From the NCBI GenBank assembly GCA_963745025.1, contig CAVUWD010000007.1:1-64000 (forward strand): a stretch of 64,000 nucleotides of DNA, given 5' to 3'. Shown one piece after another: positions 8,792 through 20,360 of the stretch. The translations under genes and the position numbers were made by a program. The notes under the pieces are model-generated. The model ran no database searches, was not told the DNA's origin, and was given only the letters and a program-made list of their open reading frames with translations. The stretch is from an uncultured delta proteobacterium. GTDB lineage: Bacteria; Desulfobacterota; Binatia; JACPRU01. Every line of letters starts with the position of its first letter. The stretch's first letter is position 1.

Positions 8792-9705
8792 AACGGCACC
8801 CGCACGTCCTCGAGAATCGCGGCGAGCACGCGCTCTTCCCGATCGAGGTCGGAGGTTTCCTCGCCCCGCAGCTGCAAGCGGTGGGCGAGCACGGGCACCG
8901 CCAGCTCCTTGATGTGATCTGGCCGCACGTAGCTGCTGTCCTCGACGAGCGCTGCCGACTGCGCGGCCCGATAGAGAGCCTTGGCGGCACGTGGGCTGGC
9001 GCCGAGCGCGACAGCCGCCGACTGCCGCGTGGCGGCGACGATGTCGAGAATGTAGCCGACGAGCGCCGGATCCACTCGCACGCTCTCGACGGCGTCCTGA
9101 GCGGCGCAGACCTCGTCGGCGGACAGCACCGCGTCGAGCTCCGCGCTCGAACCGGTCGATACCAGGATCTCGCGCTCGGACTCGACGTCGGGATAGCCGA
9201 TCGAGATCCGCATCAAGAAGCGGTCGAGCTGCGATTCCGGCAGCGGAAACGTGCCGTGGTACTCGCGTGGATTTTGCGTCGCCAGCACCATGAAGGGCCT
9301 CGGTAGGCGGTGCGTGTGATGATCGATGCTGATCTGGCCCTCGTTCATCGCCTCGAGAAGGGCGCTCTGCGTCCGTGGGCTCGTGCGGTTGATCTCGTCG
9401 GCGAGGATCAGCTGATGGAAGAGCGGCCCCTCCTTGAAGACGAACTCCTGGGTCTCGGAGCGGTAGACCGAGACGCCGATCAAGTCGGAGGGCAGGAGGT
9501 CGCTGGTGAACTGGATCCGCTGAAAGGAGCAGCCGATCGAGCGCGCCAGCGCGGAGGCGAGCGTGGTCTTGCCGACGCCCGGCACGTCCTCGATCAGCAG
9601 GTGCCCGCGCGCCATCAGACACGTCACGGCCCGACGGATCGCGGCGGGCTTGCCCTTGATCACCCGCTCGATGTTCTCGATCAGCCGGCCGATTCCCTTC
9701 TGCAT
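8788..9705 (-). CDS. moxR: MoxR family AAA+ ATPase
   Basis: HLLIEDVPGVGKT Walker A, RIQFTSDLLPSD, LADEINR Walker B, ATQNP, GTFPLPESQLDRF. Confidence 0.95.
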   Translation of the reverse strand: MQKGIGRLIENIERVIKGKPAAIRRAVTCLMARGHLLIEDVPGVGKTTLASALARSIGCSFQRIQFTSDLLPSDLIGVSVYRSETQEFVFKEGPLFHQLILADEINRTSPRTQSALLEAMNEGQISIDHHTHRLPRPFMVLATQNPREYHGTFPLPESQLDRFLMRISIGYPDVESEREILVSTGSSAELDAVLSADEVCAAQDAVESVRVDPALVGYILDIVAATRQSAAVALGASPRAAKALYRAAQSAALVEDSSYVRPDHIKELAVPVLAHRLQLRGEETSDLDREERVLAAILEDVRVPL

Positions 9706-9763
9706 GGCGCGCGCGAGGCCCTTTCCCAAGGTACTGGATACCCCGGGACGCATTCAACAACAC

Positions 9764-9801
9764 GACTGCCGACTACCGGCTACCGGCTGCAGGCAAAGAC
9801 T
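9764..9801. repeat. Heptamer tandem repeat element, copy 2
   Basis: gactgcc-gactacc-ggctacc-ggctgca-ggcaaagact, with an inverted unit at ~9835-9846. Confidence 0.6.
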
Positions 9802-9894
9802 TCCCGAGATCGATTGCGGAAGGCGGTCGCCGGAAGCCTGTAGCCGCTTTCCCCGAGTTTGAGCAGCCCGCTTGCCTGTGTTACCCGGAACGAG

Positions 9895-10182
9895 ATGAAG
9901 ATCACCGTCGAAGACGTGCGGCACGTGGCCGCGCTGGCGCGGCTGGACCTGTCTGCAGCCGAGGAAGAGAAGCTCGTGGCGGAGCTCGGCGCGATCCTCG
10001 GCTACGTCGAGGCGCTCGCTCGGCTCGATACCGAAGGAGTGCCGCCGACCGCGCACGTCTTCGACGTCGGTCCGGCCTTTCGCGACGACGAGGTCCGCAA
10101 CGGTCCCGAGGTCGACGCCCTCCTCGAGAACGCCCCCGACCGCTGGCAAGGCTTCTTTCGCGTCCCCAAGATCATCGAGTGA
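9895..10182 (+). CDS. gatC: Asp/Glu-tRNA amidotransferase subunit C
   Basis: ITVEDVRHVAALARL...LDTEGVPPT...FRDD...NAP...FFRVPKIIE; first gene of gatCAB. Confidence 0.95.
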   Translation: MKITVEDVRHVAALARLDLSAAEEEKLVAELGAILGYVEALARLDTEGVPPTAHVFDVGPAFRDDEVRNGPEVDALLENAPDRWQGFFRVPKIIE

Positions 10183-10203
10183 TGCAACGGTCGGAATCCT
10201 GAC

Positions 10204-11712
10204 TTGAAGATCGATCTCACCTCGCTGACTCTGGCTAGTGCCGCCGACCGTTTGCGCCGCCGCGAGATTTCCGCCGCGGAGCTGACCGAGGTCTGCCTCG
10301 AGCGCATCGCCGAGACCGAGCCGAAGCTGCATGCGTTCCTCACCGTGAACGACGACGAAGCGCGTCGACAGGCAGCGGCAGCCGACGAGCGCCTCCGCGA
10401 CGGGAAGCCGCTGTCGACGCTCGACGGGATCCCGCTCGCTCTGAAGGACGTGTTCGTCACGCGTGGAGTGCGCACGACCGCCGCCTCGCGCATCCTCGAA
10501 GGGTTCGTCCCGCCCTACGACGGGACCGCGGTCGGCCGGCTGCGGCGAGCCGGCGCGGTCTTCGTCGGCAAGACGAACTGCGACGAGTTCGCGATGGGCT
10601 CGTCGACCGAGAACTCCGCCTTCGGTCCTTCCCACAATCCCTGGGACCTCGAACGCGTTCCCGGCGGATCCTCGGGCGGCTCGGCCGTCGCCGTGGCCGC
10701 GAGCCAGTGCCTCGGCGCGCTCGGCACCGATACCGGCGGATCGATCCGCCTCCCCGCTTCGTTTTGCGGTATCGTAGGGCTGAAGCCGACCTACGGCCGC
10801 GTCAGCCGCTACGGGATCGTCGCCTACGCCTCTTCCCTCGACCAGGTCGGTCCGTTCGCGCACGACGTACGCGATGCCGCGATCCTGCTCGAGGCGATCG
10901 CGGGCCACGATCCGATGGACTCGACGTCGGCTCCGACCCCGGTGCCGCGCTATCAGAGCGCGCTCGGGGGGGATCTCGGCAGGATTCGACTGGGCGTCCC
11001 CCGCGAGTACTTCCAGGAAGGGATGCAGCCCGACGTCGACTCCTGCGTGCGCGAGGCGATCGCAGCGCTCGAGTCGCTCGGCGCAACCGTAGAGACCATC
11101 TCGCTCCCGCACGCCGCGTACGCGATCGCAACCTACTATTTGATCGCGACGGCAGAGGCGAGCTCGAATCTCGCGCGCTACGACGGCATCCGCTACGGCC
11201 GCCGGGCGACGAGCGCCAAGAGCTTGATCGACACCTACCGCCGGTCGCGCGAAGAAGGCTTCGGGACCGAAGTGAAGCGCCGCATCGTGCTCGGCACTTA
11301 CGCGCTCTCGGCCGGCTACTACGAGGCGTACTATGGCAAGGCGCAGAAGGTGCGAACGCTGATTCGCCGGGATTTCGAGCAGGCCTTCGAGCGCTGCGAC
11401 CTGCTGGTCGCCCCGACCGCGCCGACCACGGCGTTCCGACTTGGCGAGAAACTCGGTGACCCGCTCACCATGTACTTGTCCGACGTGCTGACGATCTCCG
11501 TGAATCTCGCTGGGCTTCCGGGCGTCTCGATCCCGTGCGGCGTCGACGCCAACGGCCTGCCGATCGGTCTGCAACTAATCGGTCGACCGTTCGGTGAAGA
11601 GGCTCTGCTACGGGTCGCCTACGCCTACGAGCAGTCGACCGACTGGCACGGCCGGAGGCCGGGGCCCGTCCCCGTTGGCGAGGGGCCGGCCGCCGGGGAG
11701 GCTGCGCGATGA
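10204..11712 (+). CDS. gatA: Asp/Glu-tRNA amidotransferase subunit A
   Basis: Amidase signature [45 protein letters not shown]. Confidence 0.97.
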   Translation: MKIDLTSLTLASAADRLRRREISAAELTEVCLERIAETEPKLHAFLTVNDDEARRQAAAADERLRDGKPLSTLDGIPLALKDVFVTRGVRTTAASRILEGFVPPYDGTAVGRLRRAGAVFVGKTNCDEFAMGSSTENSAFGPSHNPWDLERVPGGSSGGSAVAVAASQCLGALGTDTGGSIRLPASFCGIVGLKPTYGRVSRYGIVAYASSLDQVGPFAHDVRDAAILLEAIAGHDPMDSTSAPTPVPRYQSALGGDLGRIRLGVPREYFQEGMQPDVDSCVREAIAALESLGATVETISLPHAAYAIATYYLIATAEASSNLARYDGIRYGRRATSAKSLIDTYRRSREEGFGTEVKRRIVLGTYALSAGYYEAYYGKAQKVRTLIRRDFEQAFERCDLLVAPTAPTTAFRLGEKLGDPLTMYLSDVLTISVNLAGLPGVSIPCGVDANGLPIGLQLIGRPFGEEALLRVAYAYEQSTDWHGRRPGPVPVGEGPAAGEAAR

Positions 11713-13152
11713 GCTTCGAGCCGGTCATCGGTCTCGAGGTACACGCGCAGCTTCTCACGCGATCGAAGCTCTTCTGCGCCTGCTCGGCGGAATTCGGCGC
11801 GCCACCGAACTCGCACACGTGCCCGGTCTGCATGGCGTTGCCCGGTGTGCTGCCGGTGACCAATCGGCAAGCGGTCGAGTTCGCGATTCGCGCCGGCCTC
11901 GCGACCGCAAGCCGCATCGCCCCGACGAGCCGCTGGGCGCGCAAGAACTACTTCTATCCCGATCTCCCGAAGGGGTATCAGATCAGCATGTACGAGGCGC
12001 CGATCTGCATCGGCGGCGCCGTCCGACTTCGTCCTCGACGGCGAGGAGAAGCGCGTGCGTCTGACGCGCATCCACCTCGAAGAGGACGCCGGCAAGAACA
12101 TCCATGACGCACACGCCGACGCGAGCCTCGTCGATCTCAATCGCGCCGGCGTGCCGCTGCTCGAGATCGTCAGCGAGCCGGACATCCGCAGCCCCGCCGA
12201 GGCCGCGGCCTACCTCCGCGCGCTGCGGTCGATTCTTCAGTACCTCGAGGTCTGCGACGGCAACATGGAGGAAGGGAGCTTTCGCTGCGACGCCAACGTC
12301 TCGGTGCGCCCGATGGGAAGCACGACGCTCGGCACGCGTGCGGAGGTCAAGAACATGAACTCGTTCCGCGCCGTCGAGCGTGCTCTCGAGTACGAGATCG
12401 CTCGCCAGATCGAGCTCGTCTCGGGCGGCGGCCAGGTCGTGCAGGAGACGCGACTGTGGGATGCGGAGCGCGAGGAGACCCGCTCGATGCGCTCGAAGGA
12501 GTTCGCGCACGACTATCGCTACTTTCCGGAGCCGGATCTGCCGCCGCTCGTGGTCGGCGAGGACTGGGTGGAGGACGTGCGCCGGCGTTTGCCGGAGCTT
12601 CCCGCACCGAGACGCGCCCGTTTCGAGCGCGACCTCGGCTTGCCCGCCTACGACGCCGAAGTGCTTACCGCCCGACGCGATGTCGCCGACTATTACGAAG
12701 CGGCGCTCGCGCGACACCGCAATCCCAAGGCGCTCAGCAACTGGGTGATGGAATCGGTGCTGCGCATCGTCCGCGAGCAGAAGCTCGACGAGCGCCTGCG
12801 CATCACGGCCTGGCCGGTTGCTCCGGAGAACCTCGCCGCGCTCGTCGCGCTGATCGACGAAGGAACGATCAGCGGCAAGATCGCCAAGACGGTCTTCGAA
12901 GAGATGGTGGCATCGGGAAAGCCGCCGGCCGCGATCGTCGCCGAGCGGGGGCTCGTGCAGGTGACCGATCGCGCCGCGATCGACGGCGCCGTCGAACGAG
13001 TGCTCGCCGCCCATCCCGACAAGGTCGCGGCATACCGCGAAGGAAAGGACAAGCTCTTCGGCTTCTTCGTCGGCCAGGTGATGAAGGCGACGGACGGCAA
13101 GGCGAACCCGAAACAGGTAAACGAGCTCTTGCAGAAGAGGCTTCGAGAATAG
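11709..13152 (+). CDS. gatB: Asp/Glu-tRNA amidotransferase subunit B, with one apparent +1 frameshift at ~12023
   Basis: [15 protein letters not shown] and [16 protein letters not shown] in one frame; [31 protein letters not shown] and GFFVGQVMK in the next; removing one C in gtccgacttc restores ..[17 protein letters not shown].. Confidence 0.93.
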
Positions 13153-13160
13153 CGGCGGAC

Positions 13161-13420
13161 GTGAGCGCATCGCCTTCGGCGATCTCGCGACCCGCACCGT
13201 CCGTGGGCGAGGTCGCCGCGGCATCCCCCGCGAAACGTGCGCTCGGTCGTCTCGAGATCGCAATCCTCGGCGGGCTCGTCGCCTTGCAGCTCGGGCTATG
13301 CGCATCCGCCTCGCCCTTCGTTACGGCATCGATACCGACGCGCCGCAGCACCTGCATGTCGCATGGGCCTGAGCTCAGGGGCTCGTTCCCCATCGGGACG
13401 TCTTCGACAACCATCCGCCG
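13161..13420 (+). pseudogene. 5' remnant of a GT-C (PMT-like) membrane glycosyltransferase
   Basis: TM segment, then after a frameshift GIDTDAPQHLHVAWA*AQGLVPHRDVFDNHP, resembling the D.DE..HLH.AW...G..PYRD.FDNH motif; in-frame TGA and abrupt truncation. Confidence 0.55.
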
Positions 13421-13548
13421 AGCGCGGCGACTCGCCCATTCATCCAGGAGATCCATCTTGACGTTCTCGAGGTGGCGGCAAACGAGGATTTCTCCCTCCT
13501 TCGCCGCCACCTGCCACCCTCCAGCGCCCCGCTGGAGCTCTTTGTCCG

Positions 13549-13857
13549 CTAGCGCTTATCGCCCGGGGCCGCCGAGCTCGCGATCGCTCCGACCGTGATC
13601 TTGCCCTTCAGGCTCTCGTAGAGATGGTCGCCGATGCCGCGCACGTTCTTCACCTCGTCGACCGTCTTGAAGGGGTGGGCGGTGCGGTAGTCGATGATCG
13701 CTTTGGCCTTGGCCGGCCCCACTCCCGGCAGAGCGACCAGCTCTTCCTGCGTCGCGGTGTTGAGGTTCACACCCTCCGCCGCAGCGAGCGGGGCTGCCAG
13801 GGCGAGCACCGATGCCAGAGCGACGATGCTCGCGAGTCGATGAATCGTGGTTCTCAT
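13549..13857 (-). CDS. comEA: ComEA family helix-hairpin-helix DNA-binding/uptake protein
   Basis: Signal peptide, VNLNTATQEELVALPGVGPAKAKAIIDYR..PFKTVDE...VRGIG; AGGAG RBS. Confidence 0.93.
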   Translation of the reverse strand: MRTTIHRLASIVALASVLALAAPLAAAEGVNLNTATQEELVALPGVGPAKAKAIIDYRTAHPFKTVDEVKNVRGIGDHLYESLKGKITVGAIASSAAPGDKR

Positions 13858-13909
13858 GCGTGTTCTCCTTTCTCCGGTTGGAGGCGGTTTGGCCTCGTGC
13901 GGACTTGGA

Positions 13910-13924
13910 GCACACGTCATGCCG
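13910..13924 (-). promoter_or_regulatory. Possible sigma54 (-24/-12) promoter of comEA
   Basis: CGGCAT-GACGT-GTGC on the minus strand, GG-N10-GC spacing, ~50 nt upstream of the ATG. Confidence 0.4.
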
Positions 13925-14239
13925 CCCGCAGAGTCTCACCAAGTCGTGCGCTTTCTGGCCCGCTCGACGGATGGTTTGAAACGCCAAGTTCCGCAGAGCG
14001 AGCGGCGCGAGCGTACCCTCGCTCCTCAGCGCCGGTTCGAGCGGCTAGATTGAAACGAAACGAGCCGTTGCCCGAGCGCCGCGGAGAGCGGATGACTTCG
14101 ACGATTTCGGGACGGTGCGGCCATCCTCATCTCCCCGTACGTCAAATTTCCGTCGAAGAACAAAGTTCGTCGCTATCGATTTCGTCTCGCTCAGTTTCCA
14201 AGCTGCCGAAATCGTTGAGTTCATAGGTTTGAGATGGCC

Positions 14240-14254
14240 TGGCATCCACTTTGC
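14240..14254 (+). promoter_or_regulatory. Sigma54 (-24/-12) promoter
   Basis: TGGCAT-CCACT-TTGC matches TGGCAY-N5-TTGC; AT-rich IHF-like stretch just upstream. Confidence 0.6.
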
Positions 14255-14283
14255 GTTTCGACTGCAATTGGATGAACGCGACC

Positions 14284-14565
14284 ATGCGCCCGAGCGGTGG
14301 CCCATTCGACATTCTGGATTTACTCGCCATACTTCAGGAAAACGCCCTGATTCAGCTGGTAAATCCTGCGTCGAGCTATTGCGACGCGTGCGGGCGGCTG
14401 CACTTTCGCCAGTGGTTTCGAGCATCTGGGGGACACAACTTCTATGTCTGCACGGTCGCTCGGCACGCGATGTTCCACGATTTGGCATCGGGATGGAGGC
14501 TCGTGACTCTTCACGACCTCGTCCGTTGGCTCCTGTCGTCGCTGGCGGCGGCGCGCGCCGCCTAG
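14284..14565 (+). CDS. Small hypothetical protein with CxxC...C...H possible metal-binding residues
   Basis: 93-aa ORF directly downstream of the sigma54 motif; YCDACG...YVCTVARH. Confidence 0.45.
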   Translation: MRPSGGPFDILDLLAILQENALIQLVNPASSYCDACGRLHFRQWFRASGGHNFYVCTVARHAMFHDLASGWRLVTLHDLVRWLLSSLAAARAA

Positions 14566-14813
14566 CCGAGGTGTCGCGCGATCCGGAACCCCCGCCTGCG
14601 TAGTGCGGCCAGCGTGTCCTGAGCGGACGACCGTAGCGCCGAGATGAGCGCCTCGAGCTCGTCTGACTCCGTCAGGGGCGGATGGATCGTCGGCCTGCGT
14701 GGAATGACGAGGCTCCGCCCCGCCGCACCCCTGAGAATTCCCTGGAGCTGGTGCCGGTCATCGTCGCTGAGCTCGGTGATCAGTACGGCTTCATCGGTGA
14801 CCTCGATGCGCAT
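14562..14813 (-). CDS. Small hypothetical protein
   Basis: MRIEVTDEAVLITELSDDDRHQL...; protein-like composition, AGGAAG upstream, stop overlaps the convergent ORF. Confidence 0.5.
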   Translation of the reverse strand: MRIEVTDEAVLITELSDDDRHQLQGILRGAAGRSLVIPRRPTIHPPLTESDELEALISALRSSAQDTLAALRRRGFRIARHLG

Positions 14814-14914
14814 GGATCTTCCTATCTCATCTGATCGCCTGGGCCCAGCGAGCGTGTCGCACCCGCCGCGGTCCGTGGTAGATCGTCCACAACCCCGTCG
14901 ACGAGGAGTCATCC

Positions 14915-16063
14915 ATGAGCTCATTCATGTTCACCGAAGAGCAGGAGATGTTTCGCGAAACCGTTCGTCGACTCGCCGAGGCGGAGTTTCGCGATGGCTA
15001 CCTGCCACGCGCCACGTCGTCCGAATACCCACGCGCGGCGCTCGCCGTCCTTGCCAAGAACGGGCTCCTCGGCCTCGCGGTGCCGGAGGAGTACGGTGGA
15101 CAGGCGGCCGACTTCATCACCATGGGCATTGCGATCGAGGAGCTCGCGCGCGCGGACTTCAACGTCTCGTACGTGGCCTTCAACTCGATCCTCACGGGCG
15201 GGCTGGTGAGCCGCCTGCTCCCGCCCGACGAGCGCGGGCCGTGGGCGCGTGGCGTCGTACGCGGCGAGCGAATCCTCGCCGCCGGCTTCACGGAGCCGCG
15301 GGGCGGGTCCGACTTACAGGGGCTGCGTCTGCGCGCCGAGCGCCACGGCGACGGCTGGCGCCTCACGGGCGAGAAGACCTCGGTCACGACGAGCCCCCAT
15401 GCGGAGGCGGCGATCATCCTCGCGACCATCGATCCCTCACTCGCCTCGAGAGGGACGGTCGCCGTGCTCGTCGATCTCCACGACCCGAGCGTCTCGCTGC
15501 AGCGTTTCCGCGACCCCGGCTTCCGGCCCCAGGGGCGCGCGGCGGTCGCCTTCGACGGCACCTACGTGCCCCGATCGCGGCAGCTCGGCGAGGTCGGCGA
15601 GGGCTTCAAGCAAATCATGCGGGAGTTCGAGCTCAGTCGGACGCTGCTCGGCCTCATCTGCCTCGGCACGGCACGCCGCGCGATCGACATGACGATCGAG
15701 TGGGTGAAGCAGCGCGAAGCGTTCGGGCGCCCGATCTCGAAGTTCCAGGGCGTGTCCTTTCCGCTCGCCGAGCACGACACCTACCTAGAGGCGGCGCGCT
15801 GGCTGGCCTACCGATCGCTCGGGCTGCGTGACGCGGGTCAACCTCACAATCGCGAGGCGGCGATGTGCAAGTGGTGGATTCCACAGATCGCCTGCCAGGC
15901 GATCAACGACTGCATCATTCTCCACGGCCACACGGGCTGGTCCGAGGAGATGCCTCTCATGCAAATGCAGAAGGACGTGAGCGGGCTGCAGATCGGGGAC
16001 GGGACCCCGCAGATCCAAAAGCTGGTGATCGCCCGCAGCCTTCTCGGTCGCGAGTGGGTGTGA
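14915..16063 (+). CDS. Acyl-CoA dehydrogenase (cyclohexanecarboxyl-CoA dehydrogenase AliB-like)
   Basis: FTEEQEMFR, TEPRGGSD, GEKTS, REAFGRPISKFQGVSFPLAE, GLQIGDGTPQIQKLVIAR. Confidence 0.9.
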   Translation: MSSFMFTEEQEMFRETVRRLAEAEFRDGYLPRATSSEYPRAALAVLAKNGLLGLAVPEEYGGQAADFITMGIAIEELARADFNVSYVAFNSILTGGLVSRLLPPDERGPWARGVVRGERILAAGFTEPRGGSDLQGLRLRAERHGDGWRLTGEKTSVTTSPHAEAAIILATIDPSLASRGTVAVLVDLHDPSVSLQRFRDPGFRPQGRAAVAFDGTYVPRSRQLGEVGEGFKQIMREFELSRTLLGLICLGTARRAIDMTIEWVKQREAFGRPISKFQGVSFPLAEHDTYLEAARWLAYRSLGLRDAGQPHNREAAMCKWWIPQIACQAINDCIILHGHTGWSEEMPLMQMQKDVSGLQIGDGTPQIQKLVIARSLLGREWV

Positions 16064-16180
16064 GGGCGGTTCCGCCCATGCTTCAGCAAGGCATCCGTGC
16101 GACATCTACGACCCACCGGAAAACGTCGAGGCGCCTGTTGCTCGACTTCACCTATGCGACGAAACCTCCCCGTCCCCTCC

Positions 16181-17230
16181 TCATACGCCCTCGACGAGTC
16201 GCGCCCAGTCTTCGATCGCCGCTTCGTGTCCACACACGAGCTGGATGACAAACTGCTGGTAGCCCGCGGCCTTCAGCGCGCGGATCCGCTCGCGAAGCTC
16301 CTCGCTGCGACCCGTGAAGGTGGTCATGCGAATCAGCTCGGCGGTGAGAAACCGCTGCTCCTCGGGCCGCACGCCGAGCAGGTGCTGGGTGTGCATCTGC
16401 AGATAGCGGGCATCCGGCGGTTGGTAGGTTTGATGCAGTTTTCGGTATTCCTCGAGCAATGCCTGAACGGGCGGCAGTAGCGGCAGCTCGACTATCGCCT
16501 CGACGAGCCCATGGAGGAAAACGACCGCCAGCGGGCCCGCCTGGGCCTTCGCGCGCACGCCGTCCGCGGATTCCTTGTCGCCGAGAACGCAACCGAGCGT
16601 GAAGGCGGTCTTGTAGAGCGTCTGCGGCTGACGCCCGACCTCACGACAGGCCTCGTCAACGAGCTTCGCCTCGCCGAGCGCGCGCTCCAGGCTGAACATG
16701 AAGGTCATCCATCCGTCGCCCACTTCCGCCGTGAGCTTACGCATCTTCGGCGCAAAGGCGGAGAAGTGGATCGGAATCGCATCGCGGAGGTTGATGAGCC
16801 CGTCGGGATTCAAGAAGCGCGCCTTACGCCGGCCTTCGGGAAAGTCGATCTCGACGGTCTCGCCACGCAGCAGGCCGCGAACGATCCGCACGTACTCGCG
16901 CAGATCGTCGAGCTTCACCGGCGGTAAGCCCATGGTGTTACGCGCCGTGAAGCCGGTGCCGAGACCGAGGATCATGCGGCCGGGTGCGAGCTGGTTCAAT
17001 GACGCGAAGCCATTGGCGGCAACCGGCGCGATCCGATTGCTCGGCACCAGTACCCCCGCACCGAGCTTGATCTTCGAGGTTTGCGTCGCCGCCAGCGCCA
17101 TCGTCACGAAGATGTCCGGCGAGAGCATCTGCGTGTCGTAGAACCAAGCATGAGAGAAGCCGAGCTCCTCCGCTCGCCTGGCGGTCTTCCATCCGTCCAG
17201 ATTCGATGCCAGCGCGATACCGAATTCCAT
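16181..17230 (-). CDS. LLM class flavin-dependent oxidoreductase
   Basis: AEELGFSHAWFYD, IKLGAGVL, LAPGRMILGLGTG, luciferase-like TIM-barrel pattern. Confidence 0.9.
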   Translation of the reverse strand: MEFGIALASNLDGWKTARRAEELGFSHAWFYDTQMLSPDIFVTMALAATQTSKIKLGAGVLVPSNRIAPVAANGFASLNQLAPGRMILGLGTGFTARNTMGLPPVKLDDLREYVRIVRGLLRGETVEIDFPEGRRKARFLNPDGLINLRDAIPIHFSAFAPKMRKLTAEVGDGWMTFMFSLERALGEAKLVDEACREVGRQPQTLYKTAFTLGCVLGDKESADGVRAKAQAGPLAVVFLHGLVEAIVELPLLPPVQALLEEYRKLHQTYQPPDARYLQMHTQHLLGVRPEEQRFLTAELIRMTTFTGRSEELRERIRALKAAGYQQFVIQLVCGHEAAIEDWARLVEGV

Positions 17231-17350
17231 GGTGTCCTCCTGCGGGTTCGCCAGGCGACCATAATGATGGGACTCCGCATGTTCAACCGACTTCGACGCT
17301 CTGAGCTCTCCCCCAAAGCGCCACCACTTGGCGCCGATACGGCGGGCTCA

Positions 17351-17788
17351 TCACGAGGGCTTGCGATTGCCGCCGACGAAGGCCCGGTGCAAGATCGTGA
17401 AAAGCTTCTCCTGATCCGCCGCTGGCAAGGCCCGGATTCCTGACGGAGGCTCGGACAGCCGCTCGATCAGGCGAGCGCGCAGCGCGCCGCCCTTCAGCGT
17501 CAGCACGAGCTTCTTCACCCTCCGGTCCGCTTCGGCCACGCGCCGCTCGACGAGCCCTTGCGCCTGAAGGCGATCCACGATCCCAGTGACGTTGGACGGG
17601 TCGCAATCGAGCGCCTCGGCCACGCGACACATCGCCACCGGCGCTTCCGGGTCGAGCAGCTGCAGCACCTGACACTGCGCCTGCGAGAGGCCGAACCCCG
17701 CGGCAATCACGGGCAACCGGGACCGCTCCGCAGCCAGGATTCCGCGCAGAAGCTGCCATGCGTCGCAGCCGCGTCCCCTTCGAGCCAT
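17351..17788 (-). CDS. MarR family transcriptional regulator
   Basis: GLSQAQCQVL, DPSNVTGIVDRLQAQGLVERR...DRRVK.LVLT.KG winged helix. Confidence 0.9.
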   Translation of the reverse strand: MARRGRGCDAWQLLRGILAAERSRLPVIAAGFGLSQAQCQVLQLLDPEAPVAMCRVAEALDCDPSNVTGIVDRLQAQGLVERRVAEADRRVKKLVLTLKGGALRARLIERLSEPPSGIRALPAADQEKLFTILHRAFVGGNRKPS

Positions 17789-17816
17789 CGCGGCGGGAAT
17801 TCTATGAATTCGCTCG

Positions 17817-17837
17817 ATCATTGACAACCTCAACTAT
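17817..17837. promoter_or_regulatory. Putative MarR operator overlapping a TTGACA -35 element between marR and lon
   Basis: ATCATTGACAACCTCAACTAT is an imperfect palindrome (TTGA-N5-TCAA) containing TTGACA at 17821. Confidence 0.45.
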
Positions 17838-17855
17838 GTCCTTACCTATGCACCG

Positions 17856-20135
<2,280 letters not shown>

Positions 20136-20360
20136 TGTCGGGCGGCGCGACCTACACCGACCAGCGAGAAAACGTTGAGCGCGTCTTCGCGCGAAGCGCG
20201 CGAAGCGGAAGTCGTTTGCCACGCCGCTGGGCTATTGCCTCGGCGCTTGGCGCCGTGGGTCCATTTTTCGATCAACCCGTAAGCACGGGTCGATCGGAAA
20301 ATGGACCGCTGTCATCACGAGCGAAACGCAAAAGGGCGTTGGAAGCACTCCAGCTGCTTC

